Assembly: GCA_036172245.1 (NCBI GenBank) | Contig: JAYWIR010000010.1 | Location: 4,030,001 to 4,094,000, forward strand | Direction of reading: 5' to 3' | From: Raillietiella orientalis | Taxonomy: Eukaryota | DNA length: 64,000 bases | Shown here: piece after piece, positions 1-12,599 of the stretch | Position numbering within the stretch: the stretch's first letter is position 1 | Layout: each line of letters opens with the position of its first letter | The notes under the pieces: generated by a model | Database searches by the model: none | What the model saw: the letters and a program-made list of their open reading frames with translations, nothing else | What the model was told of the DNA's origin: nothing | Program-made: the position numbers and the translations under genes

Positions 1-2359
1 TGGGTTCTTCTTGGCTGTTTCCATGGAATTTCATGTGAGTTTGCCTGCTTCTTCTGCAAGTTTTTGAACGTCGATGCCAAAAAAAAAAAATAAATAAATA
101 AAATACACTTTTCAGAGGTCTTAAAGAAGAAAAAAGTGTGTGAGATTCATCGCAGGAATCACTTTTCCCAGGCAGTGATTGCCAGACTGATGGAACTTTG
201 AAAATTCACACTTTACGAATTCGCACTCTTGCGACGAAGGTGCTCCAGCTGGTGATCACCCTCCGCAGGCGCGATGCGTTCTTCTTGCTGGAGAACTCCG
301 ATCTCTTCTTGGAGCGACCGCCGGTTGCAGCGCCGAAAGGAGGCAAAGTTGTCGTTCTCCGACGTCGATGAGCATCTGAGTCGAAAGCATCGGGAATTAA
401 TTACGGGACGTGAATCAGAGTTCAGTTTACTCAAGGAGCGGAGCACTGCCCCCGGTCTAATAGAGAGCACATGTTCCAAACGTCATGCATCATCTGTTTG
501 TTTGTTTGTTTGTTTTTTGCGCTTTTCACTGGGGCCTCCTGTGAAGGACAATCCAGGAGATCTTCGAGAGAGACCGGTAGTCGTGGAGGAACGTTCTCCA
601 CGCATCTGCGTATTTGGGATCCAAGAAGTCGTTCGTTCCTCCAAGCGCCGTGGCTCCTTCCGCTGTGTCCCCACTCACCCCGGCAGGAGCACCACCGATC
701 GTGTCGGAACACGGATTCCATTCAGCTGGCTGGTGGTTCCGTTTTCTTTTTGTCCCAGCTTCCGTGCTCCGATGGGGGGGGGGGAGTTTCCTGCTCAGAA
801 CGCTGGAAAAGATGGTGCCACCGCAATCAACGTGGTTGTTGCAAGGTTTTATAAGTCGAGTCTTCTCATTTTAGGTTGCTCTCGGAACAGATTTTACCAT
901 CCTCACTACTGAATTTCATTTGCTTTCGCAACGGCCTTTCTGCTAAGAGATGGTTAGTGAATCTGGAAGGAAGCAGTTCCTTTTAGAGGTCGGTTTCTTT
1001 CACAATTATTCTTGATAGCTGGATGCCAGAAGACACGCTACAGCTTCACCCCTTTCCCTTGCCATGATCACGGAATTTTTGACTGCATCCTATGCAGCTC
1101 TGAAATCCCATCGCAATATTTGCCTTTTACCCATCTGTAAATTCCTGTCGTTTCCGTATCACTCTAAAAAATGTACTTTCTGTTGTAGAACGCAGGAAAG
1201 CTTAGGCTTCTAGATTTCATCCCGGTTCATCTCATTCATCCCTGTTTACTCTAGATATAGAACTTAAGTGCATTCATTTCACCAATCTTTATCCCTTTAA
1301 AAATTACGTTCCTCTTCCTTAGTCACTGCGTTAATTATTAATTGAATTTGCGTCGGTTTCCTGTCCAATCGATTCTCGGCAAGTAAAAGAGAAGTTTCCG
1401 CTGGAGCCGTTCTTACAAGATGCAGCAGGAAGTTAACATTTTCAGGCGGTGGTAGTCTGCCAGAAAAAAAAAAAGGAAAAAAAAAAAAAAATTCTATCAT
1501 GGATTCCGATCGCTGCACACAAAGTCCAGAAGGATGCTTTTCGGAGTAGCCAGGAGATAAGTTTTCTTCGACGTCTTCAGGAAGCGACGACTGTGCTTTC
1601 GTGGAAAGCCGAAAAGGAGAGCAGACCGAGAACTTTCGAGATTCGATCATAGATTGAAAATGAAAAATTCTCTCCTTGATTCTGGAGCAACCTAACGAAA
1701 CTTCAATTAAATCGCAATGAAACGACTACCAATCGCTTGATGGCGAAACTTCGATTGGTTTCCAGATGAAGCAATAAGTCAAGCCCGAACTTTAAGTTTT
1801 CGGATTAAATCTGCCACATGGAGCTGGTTGATAGCATTTATGGGGTGTGTTTGGTTATGGCTTAAATAAAGATGAAACGATCCCCACCTTGATTTATTAT
1901 GATCTTGGGAAGAGGTATTCTGGAGAACTAATTAGGCATCAAGTAATGACACGTGAAAAGCCAGAAGCGGTGTTAAATTTCGAAGCCACTGTCGAAATAA
2001 GGACTATAATAATCTAAAAATGAAAAATAATTAGGCATGGTAAAAAAAGGAAAAAAAAAATCATTGCTCTCCGACGCCATGAAAAGTGTTAAATACGGAT
2101 GTCACTGTTTACCAAATGAATTCCTTCGTAGGATCTCTGGAGAAATGTTACCTCTTGGTTTCAACAAATTCGTATAAATTTACAGTGTCCAAAGATTTTC
2201 GTTTTTTTTTTTAGTGGTTAGATCTTAAAAAATCGAGACAAAGGAGACTCCAAAGCTAAGGGGAAACGAGTTCCAAGCACACGCACGATGATACGTCGGA
2301 TCCTATAAAAAACTATGAATCGCCCCAAGAATGACTCGGGTTAACAGCTTCCCCTCTCA

Positions 2360-2700
2360 CTTTGATGCATTTGTCTCCGGTTCATCTCTGGGTCAATCCA
2401 GACGCTGAGACCCTCGTCTGCAACAATCAGTTGCCCCTTGGCGCTGTCCCGACCCATATGCTTTCTTGGTTACCAGTTCAGCAGTTTCGTCGGCAAAGGC
2501 GACGGCGGTCCCATGCCTCCTATTGTTCCTGTGGCAAAGGAACTGAAGTCTCGGATTCTCGAGGTGAAAGGACGTCGGGAAGACATTTCTGAGGTTCCAT
2601 CGTGCTTGAGCTGGCAATGATTCCTTCGATTAGGAGCGTTCTCGAAATTTTCGTCATTTTAGAATTTTCATTATCAAACCTTGCTTCCCGTAGCAACTCG
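2360..2700 (-). mobile_element. LINE reverse transcriptase remnant (R1/I-like)
   Basis: KESLPAQARWNL (cf. QGSVLGPxLWNL) followed by VAFADETA (cf. YADD). Confidence 0.35.
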
Positions 2701-4329
2701 AGTTTGTTTCCTTCGTTTCATTCCATGTCATGAAAAGTAATGGAGAACCATACGCTGACCGGGAATTCTCAGGATCAGTTTGTACGATTTCCTTGCCAAA
2801 CAGAATGCAGAGAATGGACAGGGCGAGTGGGGATGAAATCCAAACCTAGTCGATGAAAGGGGTTCTACCACTCCTCTTCCTTGCACTCAAGGGTATCGTA
2901 GGAAAGAAGCTCTACCTTGTACTCTCGTACTTTGTAGACCTTTTGGAAGATCTCTCAAGACCGTGATTCCGACCGTCAAACCATTACTTACTCCTCGTTA
3001 AAGATGTTTGCCTCCCTTTTTGCACCGACTCCTACGAGGCACACAGCTACGCATGGGGCTTGTAGGACGGATGCGACCATAATGAGCATAAGTGAAACAG
3101 GATATATGGGTTCCGTAGACGTACTGGAGAGGAGTGCAAGCCAGAAGGAAACCTTCCCATTTCATTTGCAATGGCACGGTGATGAAGCACGCAGCATAGC
3201 AGCAGGTAGGAGCTGATTCGGCCCTGCTTGGCTCAGTTGGGTGGAGCCGCATGCAAGATAACGTCTCACCGAAGAATGCCAGGAAAAACGCCTCACCAAA
3301 ACACACCACTGCCCCACAGATTCAGGCGAAAGGATGCTGCAATTTGAAACGGGAGCTAGCACAGAAAGATCACCTCGCATTCTCTAAATAAAGCATATTG
3401 CCTTGTCTTGAATAACTCTCTGGTATTTCTCTACTTCGTTTCTTTCACAAGAAACAAGGTCGTTTCGACTTTACCAAAATTGAATATGTGGAGCATTTTC
3501 AAGAAGAATGCAAGGATTAGCAGTTCTTGACGAAGCACAACAAAGTTCATGGGAGTTGAAACAAACTCAAAGCCTGATGAAGATTTTCAGAATAGGAAAA
3601 TACCGTACAGGTTAGTGTATCTATATTCCTCATGGAATTTGCTTCCATGATCTCCGCAGTTTCATGTGGAAGATAGCACCGTGGACTTTTGCGTATAGGA
3701 AAATGGAACTGGGTAAAAAAAAAAAAAAAAAGCATTATTTATCCCGGTTTACTGACAAGCAAATCCAGCAGAATCTGAGATGATTTCCTTGAAAGATGGC
3801 ACCGACTTCGCTGGCCATGAACTCTTTGAGCGTAAGAGGTGGAATGCATTTGTAGTAGCACGATGAATTTATCCTTCTACGCCTGTGCTGTTGTAAAAAA
3901 GTTCGCTCATAAAAAACCTCGTGCTTTTGGGAAAAGAACTTTTTACGAGTGAAGACTGATTCCACTCTTCAAGCATCAGCTCCCTTAGTTTTTTGATTTT
4001 TCCTCTACGAAGCGATGAATAAAGGATCGTGAAATGTGAAGCTGTAGTAGCTGAGCGTCCGGAGTAAGAACAGAATCCAGTAAAGGGTGTGTACTAATAC
4101 TGATTCGTTAGAAATATTCCTAGCACTGCCGAAAAAGAGGTGATTTGCTGATCTTTCGGCTTAGCAGCCCGTCCAGGCCACTTCAACCATCTCCTTCCGG
4201 AGACAGCAGAATCCTGCATCTCGCGGAGACTTTCTGGAATCCTCGTCCTCAGAAACATCCCCTCGGAACGTGCGAATCGCTTGTTCCAGTTTTTTTTTTT
4301 GTTTTTGTTTGTTTGTCCAGTTGTTCGAG

Positions 4330-4650
4330 TGCTTCGGAGGAAACGAAAAAGGAGCAACAGCACCTCGGGTTCAGGCCGTGAAACGTTCGCTTGGAAATGT
4401 TCTGTTCTTGCATCCTGTTACACAAACCTCTTGGACAGGATCGCATCGGGAACATCTGCTTTCCTTCGGGGTAATTCGACATTTCTTCGCGAATCACAAC
4501 GTACAGATGCAAAGCAAGAGGAGTAACAAAGATGCTCGCGAGGAACTTTGTGCACAGGAAATTCCCAGTGCACTTCACAAATTCGAGCATGAAAAAGAGT
4601 CTCTTCTGGAGATTAGGAGGCAGCATCAGCTTTATGGTCTGCTTCCGAAA
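4330..4650 (+). mobile_element. LINE reverse transcriptase remnant
   Basis: QHLGFRP (cf. QHGFRPG) and EIPSALHKFEHE (cf. DFSKAFDKVPH) in the expected order. Confidence 0.35.
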
Positions 4651-7600
4651 CGAATGAAGGCCGGGAAAATTAGCAAGTTTTTTTTTCTTCTTCTTCTTTT
4701 GTTTTTTTTAATTTCGGTGTTTTACTGCCAAGAAAGAAGCGGCTTTCGAGCAGACAGGGGATTCTTGAGAATGTAAAGCGGATTGCGGATCGGTCGCGCA
4801 GTTACAGATCAGAATATCGACACATTCAGCAGTAATGAAGGGATATGTAATGGGAAAGTGCATTCATCCAGCATTCGGGAAAGCAATGACGAATAAAAAA
4901 AAACACACACGCAGATAAACGGCCTGCATACTGATATCCCTCTCGGCAGACCCAAAATTGTCATGGCCGCACCCCTTGCAAACAGCAGCACGCTTCACGT
5001 ATAAAAACGAATCAAAGCAACACGCGAAGTGTAACGAATGCTCGAACGAGCATTGCAGGAGAACGCTAAAATTGAAGAAAGTAGGTGCTTAGTCCCCCCC
5101 CCCCCCCCACAAACGCGCTTCGAGAAATGTAGGCAGCGCTCACGCCTCATCTGGATTTTCGTCCCAAACGCTCCAAGAGAGATAGCTTATGAAGGAACGC
5201 ATGATCCTCGTGGTCCAGCGAGATTCCCGAATGTTCGAGCCCGCACAAGCAAGCGTTCTGCTCCTTCAAACAGCTAATCCACCCTTGCGCGGACATCAGA
5301 GACAGAACAGAATGATTGGTTGGCTTTGATTTGAATCCGAGAGCTTCCCTCGAAAATTGTTTCCTACTTGCTTGGAATATACGCCAAGAAAAAACACTGA
5401 TGGAAATGGGCGTCATTCCGAGTTTGCAATATCCGTCGATGATATATGTAATTACATGTTCTGATATTCTTCATGGAAAAGGAAAAAGAAGAAGAAGAAA
5501 ACAAAGTCAGGAAGCGAATTTTTGAATTCCGAAGAAAAAGAGCAGTTTCAAGTAATGATGGAGATTTTTTTTTTTTTTTGCCCTCCCTTTGCCCCAATGG
5601 CTTCTAAACTTGCATCTCGTTCGCTGAATGGCAACCACTGCTGGGGAGCCAAGAGCGGTCACCTTAAAGGCTTTAAACGAAGCCTCAACTCTTTGAGACA
5701 CTATTACATCAGACTGCCCCTCATTTCGAGCAGACATGATGGGAGGAGCCCAGTGGAGTGTCTGATAAGCATGGATACCGATCGTAAGAATTCTCACAGA
5801 AATTCGACGACTGCCAAAATTGATGTGCCGAACTCGCATAAACAAGTCCACGATCCATCACCGTGATCCCGCGACCTGGAACTCACCCTGCTTGTGGGAT
5901 CGCGTAGCGTACGGGAAAAGGTAAGAAAAGCTTCCTAATTACCTCGTTTCGTACGTCAGCTGATAGCCAAGCACTTCGCTACAGATCCCTGGAGAAAATG
6001 AGAAATGTGGTTAGGCTGCTTGGGAACCATGAAGCCATTCCGGAGCCGACCTTTTTCGGTCGACCGGAGAAGTAATTATTGGATGTTTTGCAGCAGTAGA
6101 AAGTTCTCTTGCACGGCTGGAAGGAAAGCATGACCACAGGCTGGCAAGTTCTTGAAGCTTGATTACTTTTAATGTTACATTGGAAGCAACAGGTTTTAAT
6201 AAGAATTTTGACGTTTATAAACCAACACCGAGAGGATTTGGAAAAACTGCATCATTTCATCTTGATAACCCCAGGTGGAGCACAAAGCAAAAAGCAGAAG
6301 AGAGAGAGAGCATGAGAATCATCTTGTTGCAGTCTCAGGTTTCCGAAGCGAAGCGGACCGCATTTCTGATCATTGCTTTAAGTCTCAACATCAATTACTG
6401 GTATCGGATGCTGGAGATCGATAACGAATTTCCTTTCTCATAACGAATCATCATTACTTGCAATCGAGGGAAGGGGAGAATCAGACACGCGGTTTCGTGT
6501 TTCGAGACGACAAACGATGCATTAACAAATGTATGTGTTCAGCAGGGTTTTTCCACCTCCGCTGCCATGGGGAAAACCCAGGATGCCTTCTTCACCCAGC
6601 GAAGAATTCCGCCGTGCCTCTCCGCGCAAACTGCGGCAAGCTGCTGAACAAAAGCCATTCTGCAGACATCTCCAACTTTGGACTGCACAGTTGGTTTTCA
6701 GTGTGGAAGCCAATTTGCACTTGAGGAAGCTGTAATCCTCCTCTTGCTGCCACGGCAGGCAAACAGACACACGATGAATCAAACCGGTCTCTTTCAACGG
6801 ACTCTGAATCAAATGTATTAAAAGAAGCCAGAAAGAATGGTCTGCCGAAGAAAGATTTGTTCAGGAAAGCCTGTTGCAAAAAGGATGTAGCCGCCGCTGG
6901 AGAACGGGGACAGAAAGAAAGGAAAAAAAAAAAGAAAAAATGAGCACACTAAGAGCACATCCCCTATCCATTAAAAGTTCAGGGGCAAACTCAGACGTGC
7001 TTTAGAAAACCGAAGCGGAAGCGTTCGTAAAAATAGCGCATTGACAATAAATGCATTTAGAACATGGATTATTAGTACCATTTCGTGATGCCCATGTTTC
7101 CAGTCAAGAGTCTCAAGTTCAACTTGCTTTCGCTGCCAGATCCGTCGGCATGGAGGTGATCGATACGGGTTTTTCTTGTTCATCTTGGAGGTAAAAAGAT
7201 CACTTCCATCTCTGAAAGGAGACTGAAGAGTCTGCAGCTACATGGCGGAACTGAAGTTCACTCTCGAGCTTACCGAACTGAAGGCTGCTCCCCCGCTTGG
7301 CGTTTCCCAATCCCACGAGCAATCGTTTCTTCGCAGCGCAATCCGAAAGTTCCATGACGTCGCAACGTTCTGCCTTTTTTTTTTAAAAAAAAAAAGAAGG
7401 CAGAACTCAGGAAGGAGGAATCTCGTTTGCTTCTCTATTCATCCTTTCTTTTTTCTACATCACACCACCTTCTATAGCATGAACTTTGACTTTAGGTGCA
7501 TTGAGTCTCAAAGTTGTACATCCCCCATGTAAGAGAAAGGGTCATCAGGTGTGACTGAAGGCAGCTTGTGAACCTGTGGGCAATGCTTTCTGCGACGCAG

Positions 7601-7939
7601 TCCCTTCCATCGAATCGCGCCGGGATAGGAAACTGCTACCCGGACTCAGAAGTCTCGTCCTTGCAGGGCAGCATCCGGGCAGGCGAGATGGAAAATCTAC
7701 TCGGGGTTCGGATTCTCGAGTGGCTGGTAGAGACTCCCGGCTTTCTTTCCGGATGGAACGAGTTCGCGGGAAGAAGGAGGCGTCCCGAACCTTCCCGAAA
7801 GGAAGCAAAAGCAGGCATTTAAAACACTGTTTGAGAAAGAGTCGAGTGACCGTGATCTAACCAATCCTCTTCAAGATGCACGTCCTTCAGCTGTTCTCCT
7901 TTTTCCTTGCCTTTTTTTCCTTCCAGTTTACTCACTTAC

Positions 7940-8060
7940 AGAAAAATCAGGAATCTCTTCGTATCTCCTTGAGGACGGTTCTTCCAGCAGCCGATGAGCT
8001 GCTAGACACCTTTCTTTACTTCGAAGGTTTCGATCAAGCTCTTCTTAGTTGCCTTTTTTT
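7940..8060 (-). mobile_element. Second CR1-like 3' remnant
   Basis: LIETFEVKKG (cf. GDLIETFKILKG); diverged copy of 8610-8725. Confidence 0.45.
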
Positions 8061-8609
8061 TTCTTTTTTTTTTTTTTACAAGAAGCAGATTTCTTTCGAG
8101 ATGCGATCTGACCCAAAGAGTGTCTTCCGTAAGAGACCCATTACTCCGACGGTTCAGCAGTCATGATATGAACACTGGGCAATAAACTCTTTAATGGCAC
8201 TGCTGTTTCACTTCCAGAGGCATCATCCTCCCTCCTAACGAATTAGTTCTTTTCTCTACTTAGTTTATGGAACCCCAGCTGCTCTGCGGCATCAGGGAAA
8301 GTGATTCAAGGTGGAAAGAAAGAAAGACGAGAGCTGACCTTGATCATCCTGTGCTCGTTCATATCTCTATCCTTTTCTCTTCCTGATGGAGAGGGAATGT
8401 ACTTCTTCCTCGCAGCTCCCTGGACAGATCCGAATAACCGCAGACGCCTGCCGGTGATTCCGATCGTTGAGAAAGCAGACTGCGGCTGTTGAGGATGCCA
8501 GGCAAGCAAGAACTCGAGGGAGGTTCTGTCTCTGAGCTTCCTGTGGTGGAACGGACGCAAGAAACGCGCGTTGACACCTGGCACGCCGAGTTGCCAGTTT
8601 ATTTATTTC

Positions 8610-9060
8610 CGGGAGAATCAAGGATCTCTTTGTAACTTCTTGAGGGCGTTTCCGCCAACAGCCGAGAGCCGGTGGACAGCCCTCTCTACTTCGAAGATTC
8701 CATTCAAGCTCTTCCTAGTGGCATTCTTTTTCTCTTCCATATTCATTAGAAATTCGAGCCTAGGCGTTTGGAAACCTCCAGAGTCTCTCTCGCTTATCAG
8801 GGAGAGGTGAGGATTTCCTCAGATAAAGGGGTCCCGAGCTCCTTCCATCCTCTGAACATCTCTCTGCCTGATCCATCTCGCGCATGGTTCGAGGTCGGCA
8901 GCGCGTTTAAGAGATTTCGGAAAAGGTGCTCCCGAAGCCAGCAGCAGTTCTTTCCGAGATGGAACATCACCGGAGGAGAGCCGGAAGCGGGGCATTCCTC
9001 TTCCCATTGTCCGTGCAGACGGATTGCCGTTCTTCCAAGGATCCTGGCGGCGAACTTTGC
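8610..9060 (-). mobile_element. CR1/L2-like LINE ORF2 C-terminal remnant
   Basis: DLEPCARWIRQRDVQRME (cf. PHLEYCxxxWSP..KDIxxLE); 8610-8725 is homologous to 7940-8055. Confidence 0.45.
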
Positions 9061-9289
9061 TTGACCCGGAGTCGTGTGTTTTATTCACGTGTGTTTTATT
9101 TCAAGCAGATCACACGTCACCTCTGGGCGTGTAGCACAAGCGCTGCTTCACTCCTCTTGAAAGCGGATCCTCTGGGATGATGTCGTATGACGTGTTTCTC
9201 TGCCAGGTGCAGCCATGCTCTTCAGGACTAAGATAAGAAACTGCTGACTTCTGGATCTCCTACACTGTATTCCAGACGTCGAATCGCCC

Positions 9290-10990
9290 AGTGCTACTTG
9301 AGATTCTACACACACAAATAAGAAGGACGATGCAGGACGATCTACAAAAGTCAGCTGTGCTCAGGACCGGCACACCCAAAGGGCGCGACCTCGAAGGAAG
9401 GTCCAGGAAGTTACCACAGCGACAAATAGGAACGCGGGAGTGGAGAAACCTGCAAACACCGGTGGGAAGATCAAACAGAGAATCCTTCAAGTACGAGTTT
9501 TTTAATTGTATTTTTTTTTTCGAGTTTCTGGAAGAAATCATAGCAACCAAGACGAACCCGAATTGTCAGGCAGAACATCGCACGAGAGGAGATCCTCTTG
9601 GAGAGATGAATCTTTGTTTTCAAATGGTCATGGCGGGGGGGGGGGGGGATATCATTGGAGGATTGGAATACCCCTATAATGGGTGCTCATTCCTCTTGCA
9701 GCTTAAGCATTTCAGCAGAAAGCAAATTCAGAGGTTGAGCAGCATCGGGGAAAGTTTCTACCATTCCACAGTGAGGACCTTCCCTGGTCACCTGCTCTGA
9801 CGATGAGACGTGGAAACGTCCTTTGCTTCGGGGGAGAACTCGGAGCACGCATAAAGATGCCAGCGAGCTGGTGGCGAAGAGGGATAAGGGAGAAGTCGAC
9901 CTAGGAGCTCGGGACCTTGAGGTTTTTAGGAAAAGTCAACAGAAACTCGATCCACTTTTGCGGGTCCTGAGAGAGATCATCAAGCGTGGCTCCGTTCGCT
10001 AGCCTCCTTGAACCATGGGCAAGGAAGCTTGAAGTCTTGAAAGATCTCTCCGACGCGCCCCGAGAAGCAGGCTCCGGAACCTCTGGGAAAGAATTTCCCT
10101 AGGTGGCCGGGGACACCGTCTGGAGAGAGTTGGTAGCTCCACGGACCTCCAGAGGAAGCTCAGCGAGAAGTCTCTGGCTGCGACCTGGAGGCGGGAACTC
10201 CAGCTGCCGGCATGGCAACCCGCCAGGCCTTCCGACAGCAGCCCAAGGCCGTGAGGCGGCTCATGTCCCCGGAAGAGAAGGAGGAGCCGACCTCCGGAAA
10301 CGGCACGATTTCTGTGAGATGCGGGACTTTTCCGCGGAGAAAGTCCTGCGATTGGGGAAATCGACAGGGAAGAAAGGGGAAGAGTAGGCTTTGGTTCGCT
10401 GGTTTGCGGACCTTCCTTCGAGCGACCCGCTGGACTTGGAAGTGGGACCTTCAACGTCACCTTACCAGTAGTAAAAGCAAGGACATGTCTCCTGCCGTCG
10501 AATGAGAGTGGCCTGCTGGAACGTCCAGTGCCCAGGCAACGGGCTACGCGACGATGGCAGGAGGCAGGATACAGCCATCGTCCTGCGCCCCTTCGATTTG
10601 GCACCCCTGCAGGACACCCACAGGACCTCAGAGGAGGATGCCTCCAATCATCGAGAGGACAGTGGTCGGGAAGCTGCGTTGCCTTCCTTCTGCGAGGTCA
10701 AAAGTGGGGAGCACTCGGTACGGGATGTTCCGATGCGCAGATGTTCACCTCCAAGGAAGGTCGAGTAGGAGCCCCGTTGTCAAGTGGTTCGAATCCATCG
10801 ACTTGGTTGCCGCGAGCATTCGAGCACCCAAGCGTCCACAACACGAGCAGGATGAGAACTCGTTCCTTTCTTTTTTTTTCGTCTTTTCCCTGAGGCCCGT
10901 CCTGACAGTGGAGGGAGGGAGGATGTTCCTACTTCCATCAGGTGCGGCAAACGCACATCTGGATTTGGCTGTGCCAGATACAGACCACGA
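9290..10990 (+). mobile_element. Degraded L1/Tx1-like 5' part: ORF1 remnant and start of the APE endonuclease
   Basis: MRVACWNVQ at 10502 (cf. xRVATWNVRG), LAPLQDTH (cf. LQETH), SIRAP (cf. VYAP), LLPSGAANAHLD (cf. GDFNAHLD); many stops and frameshifts. Left boundary uncertain. Confidence 0.55.
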
Positions 10991-12480
10991 ACATCTGGGA
11001 TGGAAGGCAGCAACTTCCGGAGAGACTTCGTCGCGCAGAGACTCGAGGATCCGGGCCGAACAAGAGCGTTCGGTTTGGGAACCCTGAAGAAACTTCCACG
11101 CGGACCCCCGCTCCTCCAACTTCGGCGAGGGAAACCGCAACGAGGGCGCACTCTTGCAGATTCGCCAGCGCCAACGGAAGACAGACGTTCGCCGTCTGGC
11201 AGAGATCAGAGCTGGAGCCGTGTGACAAGCCTGACAGGACCGGGTCAGCCAACTTGCTGGAGGGTTAGGACCAGAGATGATCTTGTCATCGTACGCACTG
11301 GTTCCTCCGGAGCGCGACTCCTCGCGGATGCCGCTGCCCGAAGACCCTCCAGCGCCGAAAGAGGAGTCGACACGGAGCCTCAACAAGCCTTTTGCGGTTC
11401 GCGGAGAGGGAGGAACGGACCGCCTGAAGAGTTTTCCCAATACTTCGGGGCAGAGCCGACCTTTCGGGCTCATCAGTTGGCAACCCTGACTCGCGCGGAG
11501 CGGACGAAGCACCAGCTTCGTTCCGGTCAGCAAGGGCACGTCCACTCCCCATGGGAGGAGACGTCCGGAATGCGAGCAGCTGAAGACCGATCCACCGCCG
11601 TAACCGTGGACACCAGGCTGCTGGCCAAGCCGTGGACCCGGGCGCCTGGCCTGGCGAGGGAGGTCAGCCGAACTATGGTCGGCCCGGAAGAGACGCGCGC
11701 CATGATCGGGCGGAGAGCGGAAAAGTCAACCCGTTCCTGGAGAGTTCGTGGCTCCGGTCGCGGCAGCGGGTTGAGTCGGGCGGCCGCAGAGACCCTGGAT
11801 CCCTCGTGGGCTGGCGATAGGGAGGCCGAGGGGAAGCGGACGAACCGGGGGAGTCGCCGCGATCGCAGTCGGCTTGCCCTTCGACTGCGTCCCGACCAGG
11901 AGCTTCTTCATCTGCAGTTCCTGGAGCTCCCGATCTTACCGCCTGCTCTCCTGGTCCTCCCGCGCTTCGCTCTACTTCCAGCTGATGTGCTGAGGGCTTA
12001 CAGGAAGACTCCGCTAGACACCCTGTCGAACTTGTGCTCCGGCGCGTCTGCCGCGAAGACGGTCTTCTGCTGCTGTCGCGCACGGCGGCCTCGCTCGAGG
12101 ATTCGTTCGAGCTGATCCGCCGAAGAGCGGGAAGGAGCGTGGATAGCGTGGAAGGCGAGGGTCGATCGAACGTGGTGGACTTGGTCCAGCTAGGCAGGAC
12201 GCCTCCGTTGCTGCTCAGAGGCTGCGGAAAGCGCGACAGCTGAGCCGGCGAACCCTTTCCCTTCCGCCCTTATTTTACTGTGGTCTTCTCTCAATCCTTC
12301 CTGTCCTTCGCGGAGTCAGTTGACCACCCTCCCCTCGCTCCTTCATCGAAAGCTTCGCGCAGCCGATGCCCTTCTTCGTTGGGAAAGCAAATTCCACGGA
12401 GTCTTTAGGTGGCAGTGGTGCTCACGCTGTTGGTTGCCGTGGGAGCTCCGGTGCAAGAGGGGCATCCATGAGGGTCTCCA
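10990..12480 (-). mobile_element. Possible Gypsy-type LTR retrotransposon remnant
   Basis: SAYDDKIISG (RT YxDD-like), LADPVL (cf. LTSAPVL), LVRPGSS (cf. RPGxxN); GC-rich gag-like upstream part. Very degenerate. Confidence 0.3.
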
Positions 12481-12599
12481 CGGGGGGTAGGAAGTGCTCA
12501 GCCTTCCAGAGGAAGACCGGTGGGGATCTCTAGTGGCGACGTAGTGGCGGGATGTCTAGATCTGTCCACCTCTGAGCAGTTCTCGAGAGCGAATAATTG

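Noticed and set aside
200..912. Possible exons on the minus strand (AG/GT-bounded segments) and a 212-aa plus-strand ORF
   Set aside because: No recognisable protein in any frame, so it cannot be supported without transcripts.
11000..12115. 371-aa plus-strand ORF
   Set aside because: Arg/Ser-rich with no recognisable domain; best explained as an open frame antisense to a GC-rich TE remnant.
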